From an uncultured Bacteroidia bacterium (GTDB lineage: Bacteria; Bacteroidota; Bacteroidia; NS11-12g; UBA955): a stretch of DNA of 64,000 bases. The notes beneath the pieces were generated by a model. It was not told the origin of the DNA, searched no databases, and saw only the letters and a program-made list of their open reading frames with translations. The translations under genes were made by a program, and so were the position numbers. This document shows positions 52,689-62,148 of the stretch, piece after piece (position 1 is the first letter of the stretch; every line of letters begins with the position of its first letter). The DNA is taken from assembly GCA_943788195.1 (NCBI GenBank), contig CALSPH010000001.1:829467-893466 (forward strand), read 5' to 3'.

Positions 52689-53647
52689 AAAAAGGAGGGG
52701 TCCTTTTATTCCTTTTAATTTGCATTCCTTTACTAGGAAATTCATGGGGTTTTTATGCGCATAAGGGAATCAATCGATTGGCCACATTTACCTTACCGCC
52801 TCCATTAATCGGCTTTTATAAAGCCAATATTCGGTATATCACAGAACATGCTGTAGATGCAGACCGGAGAAGATATTTGATGAAAGGTGAGGCGTGCCGG
52901 CATTATTTGGATGGGGATCATTATGAACAAGCCTTGCCTTTTGATACATTGCCGCATTATTGGAAGGCAGCAGTTGCCTTGTATTCAGAAGACAGTTTAA
53001 AGGCAAATGGAATTGTGCCTTGGCATGTATTTTTTGCCTACAAAAAATTGATTTGGGCATTTGCAGACACCTCTAAAAGTAAGGAAGAAAAGACAAAAAG
53101 TATTCTTAAACTTTCATCGGACTTGGGCCATTATGTGGGGGATCTTCATGTGCCTTTGCATACCACTTCCAATTACAACGGACAGAAAACCAATCAGCAT
53201 GGAATCCATGCATTATGGGAGAGCAGGTTGCCGCCTTTATTTGATAGCAGTTATAATTTTTTTGTGGGCAAAGCGCAGTTCTTCATGAATCCAATAGACT
53301 CCATTTGGAAAGCATTGGAACGCAGTCATTTTCTAGTTGATTCAGTATTGGCTTTAGAACGCAAGGCAACCGAACTGGTTAAGGAAGAGCATAAATACAC
53401 TTTTGTAAGTACAGACTATAATACCAAACGCGATTATAGTATTCCGTTCTGCAATGTTTATAACAACCTAATGGGCGATATGGTGCAAGAACGCATGACT
53501 AAATCGGTGTTGTTTTTAGGTAGTTTATGGTTCAGCGCTTGGGTGGAAGCTGGACAGCCCAATTTAAATGGGTTTCCCATTTTAGAAGAAAAAGGAGACA
53601 AAATTGATGTTCCTGCAGGTAAGGAAATGATAGGGCGGAAAGAATAG
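52685..53647 (+). CDS. S1/P1 nuclease / zinc-dependent phospholipase C family, secreted
   Basis: Signal peptide then WGFYAH, HY.D, GHY.GD.H.PLH and GIH..WE. Confidence 0.88.
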   Translation: MKKGGVLLFLLICIPLLGNSWGFYAHKGINRLATFTLPPPLIGFYKANIRYITEHAVDADRRRYLMKGEACRHYLDGDHYEQALPFDTLPHYWKAAVALYSEDSLKANGIVPWHVFFAYKKLIWAFADTSKSKEEKTKSILKLSSDLGHYVGDLHVPLHTTSNYNGQKTNQHGIHALWESRLPPLFDSSYNFFVGKAQFFMNPIDSIWKALERSHFLVDSVLALERKATELVKEEHKYTFVSTDYNTKRDYSIPFCNVYNNLMGDMVQERMTKSVLFLGSLWFSAWVEAGQPNLNGFPILEEKGDKIDVPAGKEMIGRKE

Positions 53648-53710
53648 TTCGGTTGAATACGTGCAATTAAGAACGAATTAATCACCAGTACCCTGCTTTT
53701 TAGCGTAAAA

Positions 53711-53773
53711 TGTGCATAATCTTAACCAAAATGTTGAGATAGATTCTAGAATTTTCCATAATCTTGTGGATTA
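53711..53773. promoter_or_regulatory. Two DnaA-box-like sites upstream of dnaN
   Basis: TGTGCATAA (53711-53719) is a perfect TTATNCACA on the minus strand. TGTGGATTA (53765-53773) has one mismatch. Confidence 0.5.
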
Positions 53774-53794
53774 TAATTGTAAACAAATAAGGCG

Positions 53795-54913
53795 ATGAAA
53801 TTTATAGTACCCTCACAAGATTTACTCGAACGATTATTGCTCGTAAACGGAGCAGTTGTTTCTAAGCCTGTCTTGCCTATACTCGAAAACTTTCTATTCA
53901 AAATTGAAGAAAGTAAATTAACCATAAGTTCAACTGACTTGGAAACAAGTATGACAACAAGTATGGAAGTGCAATCAAAAGACAGTATTTCTGTTGCAGT
54001 ACCTTCTAAGCTTATTATTGAAACGTTGCGTAGTTTGCCATCTCAACCAGTTACTTTTACCGTAGATCCAGCGAATTATAATATTGAATTAAGCACAGCA
54101 AATGGGCGTTTTAAATTAGCGGGCCTTAGTGCAGATGATTATCCAAAAATTAGCGATATCGAATCTACCGGTTCATTTAACATGCCAGCTAAATTATTGT
54201 CTAGAGCAATATCCAAAACATTGTTTGCTACAAGTACAGACGATTTAAGACAGAATTTAACCGGTGTATTTGTAGAGTTGTTCGCGGACCATATCAATTT
54301 TGTGGCAACAGATGCAAACCGTTTAGTGAAATTCACCCGCTCAGACATTAAACCGGGTGTAGAGTCTAGTTTTATTATACCGAAGAAGGCATTGAATCTT
54401 TTAAAATCAGCTGTGCCCAACTCAGATGATGAAATTGAAATTGCTTTCAATAATTCAAACGTATCTTTTAGCATTAGTAACTTACAATTGATTTGTAGGC
54501 TAATTGAAGAGCGCTATCCAGATTACAATGCGGTTATTCCTAAAGATAATGATCAAACCTTAACAATAGAACGTTCAGGTATGTTAAGCACAACCAGACG
54601 TATTTCTATATTCTCAAATAAGACTACGCATCAGGTAAGATTGGGAATTATTGGGAGTGAGTTGACCATTTCTGCTGAAGATTTAGAATTGGCAAACGAA
54701 GCGCAAGAGCGTATTGCATGTGAGTTTGATGGTGCGGATTTAGAAATAGGCTTCAACAGTAAGTTCTTAGTAGATATGCTGAGCAATTTTGATACGGATC
54801 AAGTACTTCTTAAATTGAGTGCGCCAAATAGAGCTGGAATTATGGTTCCATCTGACAACGAGGAAAATGAGGAAATTGAAATGCTCATTATGCCAATGAT
54901 GTTGAATAACTAA
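53795..54913 (+). CDS. dnaN: DNA polymerase III beta clamp
   Basis: PIL..F, TDLE, VATDA.RL, YPDY..VIP, IGFN.KFL and MLIMPM. Confidence 0.97.
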   Translation: MKFIVPSQDLLERLLLVNGAVVSKPVLPILENFLFKIEESKLTISSTDLETSMTTSMEVQSKDSISVAVPSKLIIETLRSLPSQPVTFTVDPANYNIELSTANGRFKLAGLSADDYPKISDIESTGSFNMPAKLLSRAISKTLFATSTDDLRQNLTGVFVELFADHINFVATDANRLVKFTRSDIKPGVESSFIIPKKALNLLKSAVPNSDDEIEIAFNNSNVSFSISNLQLICRLIEERYPDYNAVIPKDNDQTLTIERSGMLSTTRRISIFSNKTTHQVRLGIIGSELTISAEDLELANEAQERIACEFDGADLEIGFNSKFLVDMLSNFDTDQVLLKLSAPNRAGIMVPSDNEENEEIEMLIMPMMLNN

Positions 54914-54915
54914 AC

Positions 54916-54949
54916 ATGCTTATTGCCTTATTAGGCGCAAAAAAAGCAT
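54916..54949. terminator. Probable terminator hairpin between convergent dnaN and prmA
   Basis: ATGCT..GCCT-TATT-AGGC..AGCAT, with an A7 run that is a U-tract on the minus strand. Confidence 0.45.
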
Positions 54950-54980
54950 TAATCTTGCTTCTAGGTTTATTGGAAACTTT

Positions 54981-55823
54981 TTAAACTTTAATGAAACGTA
55001 AGCACACCCAAGTGTCGCGTTCTGCGCTGCGGTCTAATTTTAATCCCAATTCATTTGCATGAGATTCAAGAAGGGCTACATCTTCTTGATGAAATCCACT
55101 GAATAGAATGGTGCCGCCTTTTTTTAACTTATGTACGTAGGTGTCCATATCTGCCATTAAAATATTGCGATTAATATTCGCTATGATCAAATCAAACTTA
55201 GATTCTTGGTCCAAGTGATATGCATCGCCATGTACAACGTCAATTTTATCCGCTACTTTATTGATAGTTATATTTTCAAGCGTATTGGTTGCACACCATT
55301 CATCATTGTCAATTGCCAGTACAGAATGAGCACCCTTTTTAATTGAGAATATGGCTAAAATACCAGTGCCTGTTCCCATATCAAGGCATCTTAGGTTTGT
55401 CAAAGTTAACTCATCCAGGGCCTCAATCATGAGTGCCGTGGTTGCATGATGCCCAGTGCCAAAACTCATCTTTGGAGTGATTACGATTTCCATTAGTCCA
55501 TCATTGATAGGTTCATGAAAATTGGCTCTAATATGACAGATGCCATTAATTTCAACAGGGTTAAAATTACTTTCCCATACTTTATTCCAATTACTTTTCT
55601 CAATAATTTTCTGAACGTATTTTGGGGCACATAAACCCAAATCCAGCAGAGAAGTGAGCTCTGCTTTTATTCCTTTTAAACTGTATTCTTCACCGGGTTT
55701 ATAGGCTTTGATAAGACCTTCGTCTTGTACGGTTTCATAATTCAAATCATTCAACAACGCAGCAACAATTTCACCATTTTCAGTAATAGGCTCGTTTAAA
55801 TTAAAAGTAAGTTCTAAATACAT
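54981..55823 (-). CDS. prmA: Ribosomal protein L11 methyltransferase
   Basis: PKMSFGTGHH.TT, LDMGTGTGILAI, ANINRNIL and FSGF. Confidence 0.96.
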   Translation of the reverse strand: MYLELTFNLNEPITENGEIVAALLNDLNYETVQDEGLIKAYKPGEEYSLKGIKAELTSLLDLGLCAPKYVQKIIEKSNWNKVWESNFNPVEINGICHIRANFHEPINDGLMEIVITPKMSFGTGHHATTALMIEALDELTLTNLRCLDMGTGTGILAIFSIKKGAHSVLAIDNDEWCATNTLENITINKVADKIDVVHGDAYHLDQESKFDLIIANINRNILMADMDTYVHKLKKGGTILFSGFHQEDVALLESHANELGLKLDRSAERDTWVCLRFIKV

Positions 55824-55824
55824 A

Positions 55825-56619
55825 TTAAACCGCTACTGGAGCTTTAATGCCAGGATGTGGCTCGTAGTTTTCAAGGACAAAGTCCTCAATGGTGAAATCA
55901 TTAATGTCTTTAATTTCTGGATTGATTTTCATATTTGGATAGGGTCGTGCATCTCTGCTTAACTGCAATGCAACTTGTTCTTGGTGATTACTATAGATAT
56001 GCGCATCACCAAAGGTGTGCACAAAGTCACCTAGCTTTAAGCCACATACTTGGGCAATCATCATCGTTAACAAGGCATATGAAGCAATGTTGAACGGTAC
56101 CCCAAGAAACATATCTGCGCTTCGTTGATATAATTGACAGCTTAATTTTCCTTCTGCTACATAAAACTGGAAGAAAGAGTGGCAAGGCATTAATGCCATT
56201 TGATCCAATTCCGAAACGTTCCATGCCGAAACAATAATCCTGCGGCTATCGGGATTCGTTTTTAACGCATCAATCACTTGTTGCAGTTGATCAATCCTAG
56301 TTCCATCGGGTTTGGGCCAGCTACGCCATTGTTTCCCATACACCGGTCCCAAATCACCATTCTCATCGGCCCATTCATCCCAAATACGCACGTTATTTTC
56401 TTTTAGATATTTAATGTTGGTTTCCCCCTTGATAAACCACAACAATTCGTGGATGATGGATCGCAAATGAACTTTTTTGGTTGTAATAAGTGGAAAGCCT
56501 TCATTCAAATTAAATCTAAGTTGAGCGCCAAAAATACTTACGGTTCCTGTACCCGTTCTATCGGTTTTCGGTGTTCCGTTATCACGGATATAGGCTAATA
56601 GTTCCTCGTACTGTGTCAT
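55825..56619 (-). CDS. thyA: Thymidylate synthase
   Basis: DRTGTGT, LGPVYG.QWR, MAL.PCH and QRSAD.FLGVPFN. Confidence 0.98.
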   Translation of the reverse strand: MTQYEELLAYIRDNGTPKTDRTGTGTVSIFGAQLRFNLNEGFPLITTKKVHLRSIIHELLWFIKGETNIKYLKENNVRIWDEWADENGDLGPVYGKQWRSWPKPDGTRIDQLQQVIDALKTNPDSRRIIVSAWNVSELDQMALMPCHSFFQFYVAEGKLSCQLYQRSADMFLGVPFNIASYALLTMMIAQVCGLKLGDFVHTFGDAHIYSNHQEQVALQLSRDARPYPNMKINPEIKDINDFTIEDFVLENYEPHPGIKAPVAV

Positions 56620-56681
56620 GCTTTCCTCTTACAAAGTAACAACAAAGGTTAGGGCAAATGGATGCCCCTTTTGCAATGTTT

Positions 56682-57137
56682 TCAACAAACACCTAACGCT
56701 ACCTTAAGTCGTTCTATAGTATAATAAACAATAGGGCATACAGCATAGTTATCCATAGTAGTATTGATTCGATATTTAAAATGGGGCTGATGTAAATGTG
56801 GGTAGTCCGCACAAGCTTGAGGCCTTTCATTATAGATGTTGCATTTGTTGTCATGGAAAAAGTGACAGGGACTTTGCTTTAAATAATACTGTTGATTTGA
56901 CGGGTCTAATACCAACAGTTCAATAATAGAAGTGTGCTCAGTTTCAATTCGTTTAATATCTTTTTGAGTAAAAGGGGGTTGCAAAGTTTGGCAGCATTTA
57001 CCACAGGTTGTACAATCTGTTTTTTGAGTCTCTTCTGCTGCAATAGCATGAGCTATGGTGTCGATATCTGCACTTTTTAGCGCACGTAGCTTTTCTTTCA
57101 GAGCTAGATTTTCCGGATGATTTTTACTTTTTTGCAT
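56682..57137 (-). CDS. YkgJ family cysteine-cluster protein
   Basis: CTTCGKCC, then PC.F....C.IY..RP..C..YP. Confidence 0.88.
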   Translation of the reverse strand: MQKSKNHPENLALKEKLRALKSADIDTIAHAIAAEETQKTDCTTCGKCCQTLQPPFTQKDIKRIETEHTSIIELLVLDPSNQQYYLKQSPCHFFHDNKCNIYNERPQACADYPHLHQPHFKYRINTTMDNYAVCPIVYYTIERLKVALGVC

Positions 57138-57165
57138 AAAAAAAGGTTTCCCCAAGGAAACCTTT
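57138..57165 (-). terminator. Rho-independent terminator of hup
   Basis: AAAGGTTTCC-TTGG-GGAAACCTTT runs into a U7 tract on the minus strand. Confidence 0.75.
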
Positions 57166-57185
57166 AAATCAAGGTAGTTTTTTGT

Positions 57186-57458
57186 TTAATTTACTTTTTT
57201 GCTTAGATCGCTTCCAGCTTTGAATTTCACAACATTCTTGGCTGCAATTTTAATTTCTTGGCCAGTTTGAGGGTTTCTTCCCATACGGGATGCACGTCTA
57301 TTTACAGAATATGTACCAAAACCAACTAAGATTACCTTTTCACCTTTCTTCAATGCTTGAGAGGTTCCTTCAATAAAAGCATTGAGTGCTGCAGAAGCTT
57401 GCGTTTTAGTGATTTTGGCATCATTAGCCATTTTGTCAATTAAGTCTGATTTATTCAT
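57186..57458 (-). CDS. hup: DNA-binding protein HU
   Basis: MNKSDLI, GFGT, R.GRNPQTG and KFKAG. TATATTTG promoter element at 57496-57503. Confidence 0.97.
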   Translation of the reverse strand: MNKSDLIDKMANDAKITKTQASAALNAFIEGTSQALKKGEKVILVGFGTYSVNRRASRMGRNPQTGQEIKIAAKNVVKFKAGSDLSKKVN

Positions 57459-57565
57459 AATGGTGGTTTAATTTGGTTTCTCAATATTATCTATTCAAAT
57501 ATAAGCAGTAAATATGTTTATATACAAGCGGTTTCCTCGTTTTTTTTAGTAAGCCACTAACATTT

Positions 57566-58081
57566 TTATTTCTTGAACACCTTGGCTAAATATTCAAGCA
57601 TTTCAATTTCATTCATGTGATAATGCGCACGTTTGTAAAATGAACGTCTATTTTCTAAAAGTTCAGCCAAGTTAACAGCGGGTTGATTTTTTCTGTTTTG
57701 CCCTGCTAAGATTGGTATAGGCCTTCCCGATTTTGCGATCCGTTGAAGAATCAATTCTAAAGGTGTTTGAAGCCATAGAACTACACCAGTTGCTAGCATG
57801 TAATCTATGTTGTCAAAGTAACATGGTGTGCCACCACCGCAAGAAATCAGTTGAATTTCCGGCATTATGCTTTTTAATCGTTTTCGTTCTAATGTTCTGA
57901 ACTCTAAATGGCTTAAATCGTTGAAAATTTCATGGATGGTTAATGAATTATTATGTGTGGTGTTATAGTCAAGTGTTAATGCTTCATCTAAGTCGTTTTT
58001 TTTAACTCCAATAAATTGATTAACTAAGGTACTTTTACCTGAACCTGGAAGTCCAATAATAAAATAACGATTGTGCTTCAT
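57566..58081 (-). CDS. aroK: Shikimate kinase
   Basis: GLPGSGKST, FR.LE, SCGGGTPC, RP and R..FY..A. Confidence 0.85.
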   Translation of the reverse strand: MKHNRYFIIGLPGSGKSTLVNQFIGVKKNDLDEALTLDYNTTHNNSLTIHEIFNDLSHLEFRTLERKRLKSIMPEIQLISCGGGTPCYFDNIDYMLATGVVLWLQTPLELILQRIAKSGRPIPILAGQNRKNQPAVNLAELLENRRSFYKRAHYHMNEIEMLEYLAKVFKK

Positions 58082-59127
58082 ATTTTAACACGTGGATCAA
58101 GCAAAGTATAAATATAATCTACCATTATATTTACAACAATGAAAATGCATGCCGTAAAAATGATGCCACCCATAACTACCGGAATATCTGAGTTTTGAAC
58201 TGCCTCGATGGTTACTTTTCCCAAGCCTTTCCAGTTGAAAATGTATTCAATAAAAAATGCACCTGCAAGCAGCGAGGCAAACCAACCTGACAAGGCCGTT
58301 ACTACTGGATTTAATGCATTTTTTAATACATGCTTCTTAATTATTTGAATAGAACTCAACCCCTTGGCTTTTGCCGTAAGTATAAACTCTTGCTTTATAA
58401 CCGCAATTACCGAAGAACGCGTAAGCTGTGTTATGATGCCAATAATACGAATGGCTAAGGCGGAAGCAGGAAGAATAAGATTTTTCCATTCAATATCGTA
58501 ACTCGTTCCCAATGGATTCAAACTGCGCATACTTCCTGACATGCTTAATCCTGTGTATTTTGTTAGGAGGAATCCAAAGAACCAAGCAAAAATTATGGCT
58601 ACTAGAAAACTGGGAAATGATATTCCAATGTTTGAAACGATCATAATGGTTTTATCTAACCAGTGCCCCTGCTTTAGCGCAGCAATTGTGCCTAAAATAA
58701 TACCTATAAAACTAGCAATAAGTAAACTAGTTAAAGCTAACAGAAGTGTCCCAGGCAAAGCTTCACCGATTATTTGACTCACTTTCTTTTTGTATTGAAA
58801 TGATCTACGCATATAGGGTGCTTTGAGGTATATGCCTGAGTTGCCCGTTGGAATTACTTTGAAACCTCTTATGTTCTTGCTTTTGGCAGTTTCTTCAGTG
58901 TAATAAGAAATGGGAGACAGGTCATTTAGATATAACAAATATTGAATGTGTGCAGGTTTGTCCAGGCCAAATTCCTTGTTAATGGCTTCTTGGCTCATGA
59001 TATCACTCCGTTGACCTGCAGCCAAAGTGGTAGGATCCGGTAAGAGCAGTAATAAAAAGAAAACTAGGGTAACTACTCCCCATAATATGAGCAGCCCTTG
59101 CGATATTTTCTTTAAAAACCCGCGCAA
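58078..59127 (-). CDS. ABC transporter permease (DppB/OppB family)
   Basis: GLDKP..IQY, EF..TAKAKGL, H.LKNAL.PV and E.IF.W.GLG. Confidence 0.92.
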   Translation of the reverse strand: MRGFLKKISQGLLILWGVVTLVFFLLLLLPDPTTLAAGQRSDIMSQEAINKEFGLDKPAHIQYLLYLNDLSPISYYTEETAKSKNIRGFKVIPTGNSGIYLKAPYMRRSFQYKKKVSQIIGEALPGTLLLALTSLLIASFIGIILGTIAALKQGHWLDKTIMIVSNIGISFPSFLVAIIFAWFFGFLLTKYTGLSMSGSMRSLNPLGTSYDIEWKNLILPASALAIRIIGIITQLTRSSVIAVIKQEFILTAKAKGLSSIQIIKKHVLKNALNPVVTALSGWFASLLAGAFFIEYIFNWKGLGKVTIEAVQNSDIPVVMGGIIFTACIFIVVNIMVDYIYTLLDPRVKI

Positions 59128-59129
59128 AA

Positions 59130-60689
59130 TTATTTAGTGTAACTGAGTAGCTTTTCGGCTGTAGGCAATGATCTAAAACACCATCGCTTAATAACCTTAC
59201 CATCTTTTATTAAAATAAGTCCTGGGTTCGAACGTATCATCGAAAGTAACAACTTGTTATCTGCTGATCCATACATGTAAGGGGTCTTGTATTTTTCTCT
59301 ATACGCTTGTATTTCAGGCTGACCAGAAGAAGTTAGTGCATAAAAGGCATTTCCTGTAGTTTGCCATGCGTTATATAGCGCATTGATTTTTGCAGGAGCG
59401 TTTTTATGCACTTCATCTACATAAACAGATGGTACCAGTAAAGTGAACCCCTTATTTTGAAGTAGCGTATCAGCAATGTCGTTGCCCCAAGGACTTGTAA
59501 TATTTTCAAAGTCATGTATAGGCAGAACATATGCTTTTTCGATAACCTGCTCACTCATTGTTTTAACAAATTGATCGTTTGGTCCTGGTTTTGGTTCAAA
59601 CAGATTTGTTTTCGAACTCCATTTGGATTCAAATTCTTTACCCTCACCATTTTTGTATAGGTAAGTACGCTCAACAATGTCTTGTTCTAGAACTCCTTTG
59701 GGGTAAGAGGTTTTTTCTCTTAAATCACTGCCCTCACTATATTGCAAGAAATCAAAAACAGGTAAATATAAATATGAATAAGCCATAAACAAGGTACAAA
59801 TACCCATGAGTACTATAGTTAATGTTGTGCCAAATTTGGATGAAAAGATGGGGTTGATATACTTGTATGAAAAGAACAAGAATAGGATCATGATGGTGAG
59901 TACAACATCTTTTTGAAAGGTTTCCCAAGGTTTTAGTTTAATAAAGTCTCCAAAGCAGCCGCAGTCGGTTACTTTATTGTAGTAAGCCGCATAGAAGGTA
60001 AGGAATGTAAAAAACAAAGTAAGTAATAACAATAACCAAACGGTTAATTTTGGCTTAATGCCCAACAACAACCAAATGCCTAAAAGTATTTCTAATAGAC
60101 AAATAAACATGGCCAATGCGGTGGCATAACCACCCATTTTTTCAAAGAATCCAACCAACCAACTGCTTGTTTTTAAATAGGATTTAACATCAATGGCCTC
60201 CATTATCTCAGTGGGTAGCAAGTCTAATTGATGGGTTTTGGTGTGCACTACTTTACCAGCAATTGAAGCGGTTACTGTTACCGAACCAGCATAAGCCGAG
60301 TCGTTTGGTGCATACATGGAGTCGCGCAAAATGCTGTTGGTAGCCTGCAAATAATTCACCGCCATTTCACCCATTTCAACGTAATTCTCATCTAAATCTT
60401 CCATAGTATCTGGAAGTATATCATAACGGTCGCCTGTTAGTGATGTTTGTATGGAATAGGTCTTGCTCGTTTCTTTTTCATACAAGGGAATTGCATATGA
60501 TCCTTCATGATAGACACTTTTAAAATGAATGGAGAAAGTATCTTGATTTGCCTGTGCGTCTTTGGCAAAGACTTCAAAATATTCGTGCAATTTTATAGCA
60601 AAGCCTTTGGTGTCATTGCTTTTTATGAAACCTGAAAAAATAAATAAGGCTCCTACTAAAAATCTAAATATATAATTGATGTATTTCAT
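59130..60689 (-). CDS. BT_3928 family (DoxX/MauE-like) membrane protein with an extra ~130 aa insert
   Basis: R..VG.LFIFSG.IK.ND..GF..K..EYF, LE..LG, VTDCGCFGD..KL.PW and MIRSNPG. Confidence 0.85.
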   Translation of the reverse strand: MKYINYIFRFLVGALFIFSGFIKSNDTKGFAIKLHEYFEVFAKDAQANQDTFSIHFKSVYHEGSYAIPLYEKETSKTYSIQTSLTGDRYDILPDTMEDLDENYVEMGEMAVNYLQATNSILRDSMYAPNDSAYAGSVTVTASIAGKVVHTKTHQLDLLPTEIMEAIDVKSYLKTSSWLVGFFEKMGGYATALAMFICLLEILLGIWLLLGIKPKLTVWLLLLLTLFFTFLTFYAAYYNKVTDCGCFGDFIKLKPWETFQKDVVLTIMILFLFFSYKYINPIFSSKFGTTLTIVLMGICTLFMAYSYLYLPVFDFLQYSEGSDLREKTSYPKGVLEQDIVERTYLYKNGEGKEFESKWSSKTNLFEPKPGPNDQFVKTMSEQVIEKAYVLPIHDFENITSPWGNDIADTLLQNKGFTLLVPSVYVDEVHKNAPAKINALYNAWQTTGNAFYALTSSGQPEIQAYREKYKTPYMYGSADNKLLLSMIRSNPGLILIKDGKVIKRWCFRSLPTAEKLLSYTK

Positions 60690-60713
60690 CTTCTATTTTA
60701 TTAATAAACAAAG

Positions 60714-61271
60714 TTATGCTTGTTCTGATTCATTTAAGCGGATTAAAGCAAAAATGGCATAATTAATCATATCCTGATAGTTCGCATCCAATCCTTCTGA
60801 AATTAATGTTTGACCATCGTTATCTTCGATTTGGCGCGTACGTAAAATCTTCATTAAAATAAGATCGGTTAAAGAACTAACACGCATTTCGCGCCAAGCC
60901 TCTCCATAATCATGATTCTTATTTAGCATCAGATTTAACGTATCATTCACGTGTTTGTTGTAGGCATCTACCAATTCTGCATTACTAATCTCTTCGTCTG
61001 AATTTAATTCCAAATTAATTAGGGCAATGATAGCATAGTTCACAATTCCGATGAATTCGCTATCTATTCCTTCGTTTACCTTACTGCTACCTGCTTCTTC
61101 AATGCTTCGAATGCGCTGTGCTTTGATAAAGATTTGATCGGTTAATGAGGTGCCACGCAAAATTCTCCAAGCAGTCCCGTAATCGTGGTTCTTCTTAACG
61201 AAAATATTTTTACAACGCTCTACCTGTTCCAAGTACTGCGTTTTTGTTTTTTCTAATTGCGTTTCTGTCAT
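60714..61271 (-). CDS. DUF1599 domain-containing protein (two tandem repeats)
   Basis: The unit KNHDYG.AWR...SLTD.I..K..R...D/G..NYA occurs twice. Confidence 0.9.
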   Translation of the reverse strand: MTETQLEKTKTQYLEQVERCKNIFVKKNHDYGTAWRILRGTSLTDQIFIKAQRIRSIEEAGSSKVNEGIDSEFIGIVNYAIIALINLELNSDEEISNAELVDAYNKHVNDTLNLMLNKNHDYGEAWREMRVSSLTDLILMKILRTRQIEDNDGQTLISEGLDANYQDMINYAIFALIRLNESEQA

Positions 61272-61280
61272 GTGCTTTCT

Positions 61281-61296
61281 TACCTTTGCAAAGATA
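61281..61296. promoter_or_regulatory. Abutting opposite-strand -7 elements for folP and the DUF1599 operon
   Basis: TACCTTTG (+, 61281-61288) is directly followed by CAAAGATA (TATCTTTG on -, 61289-61296). Confidence 0.6.
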
Positions 61297-61314
61297 AAAA
61301 TCTAAAGCAGATAA

Positions 61315-62148
61315 GTGCAGTTTCAATTAAAATCTAAAGGAGAGTTATGGTCATTTAATCAACCTGTTGCCATGGGTATTATAAATGTTACCCCAGATTC
61401 CTTTTTTGAGGGCAGTAGAGCAAACACAGAAGTTGAAATTAAAACCAAAGCGATTCAAATGATTAAAGAGGGTGCTGCTTTTATAGATTTAGGTGCAATG
61501 AGCACCCGCCCAGGTGCAAAAGAAATACCGCTAAAACAGGAGTGCGAAGCAATCGCCTTTGGATTAAAGTGCTTGACTCAAATGGATCTAAAAGCAGCAA
61601 TCTCAGTAGATACGTATCGCACTGAAGTAGCACGAATTGCTATTGCTGAAGGAGCAGATTTTATCAATGATATTAGTGCTGGAGATGATCTGGGCATGCT
61701 AGATTTAGTAGCTGAAACACAGGTCGGGTATATGGCCATGCACAAAAAAGGGATGCCAGCAGATATGCAAAAGAGCCCAACTTATGATGACGTGACACGA
61801 GAAGTAGCGTATTACTTAATGCAAAAAGATATTGAATTTGTCGAAAAAGGAATTACCTCTTGGTGTGCCGACCCTGGTTTTGGTTTTGGGAAAAAACAAG
61901 CGCATAATTTTCAACTCATGCGTGAATTACGCATTGTTAAACAAATGGTAAATAAACCATTGCTAGTGGGGATCTCACGTAAGGGAATGATTCACAAAAC
62001 CTTGGGAGTTAAGGCCGAGGAAGCACTGAACGGCACAACTGCCTTGCACATGACAGCTTTAATGAACGGAGCGGATATTCTTAGAGTGCACGATGTGAAA
62101 GAGGCTATGGAAGTAATACATCTTGCTCAGGCACTAATTTCCTATTGA
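61315..62148 (+). CDS. folP: Dihydropteroate synthase
   Basis: MGIINVTPDSF, STRPGA, SVDTY, INDIS, DPGFGFGK, SRK and LRVHDV. Confidence 0.97.
   Translation: MQFQLKSKGELWSFNQPVAMGIINVTPDSFFEGSRANTEVEIKTKAIQMIKEGAAFIDLGAMSTRPGAKEIPLKQECEAIAFGLKCLTQMDLKAAISVDTYRTEVARIAIAEGADFINDISAGDDLGMLDLVAETQVGYMAMHKKGMPADMQKSPTYDDVTREVAYYLMQKDIEFVEKGITSWCADPGFGFGKKQAHNFQLMRELRIVKQMVNKPLLVGISRKGMIHKTLGVKAEEALNGTTALHMTALMNGADILRVHDVKEAMEVIHLAQALISY

Noticed and set aside
53648-53794. oriC upstream of dnaN
   Set aside because: Only two boxes in about 150 nt, no evident unwinding repeats and no dnaA.
58078-59127. Orphan DppB-type permease as part of a novel transporter
   Set aside because: Scattered ABC subunits are common in this phylum, and the partners probably lie elsewhere in the genome.
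60165-60557. Intein in the BT_3928 protein
   Set aside because: There is no Cys/Ser start, no His-Asn end and no LAGLIDADG motif.
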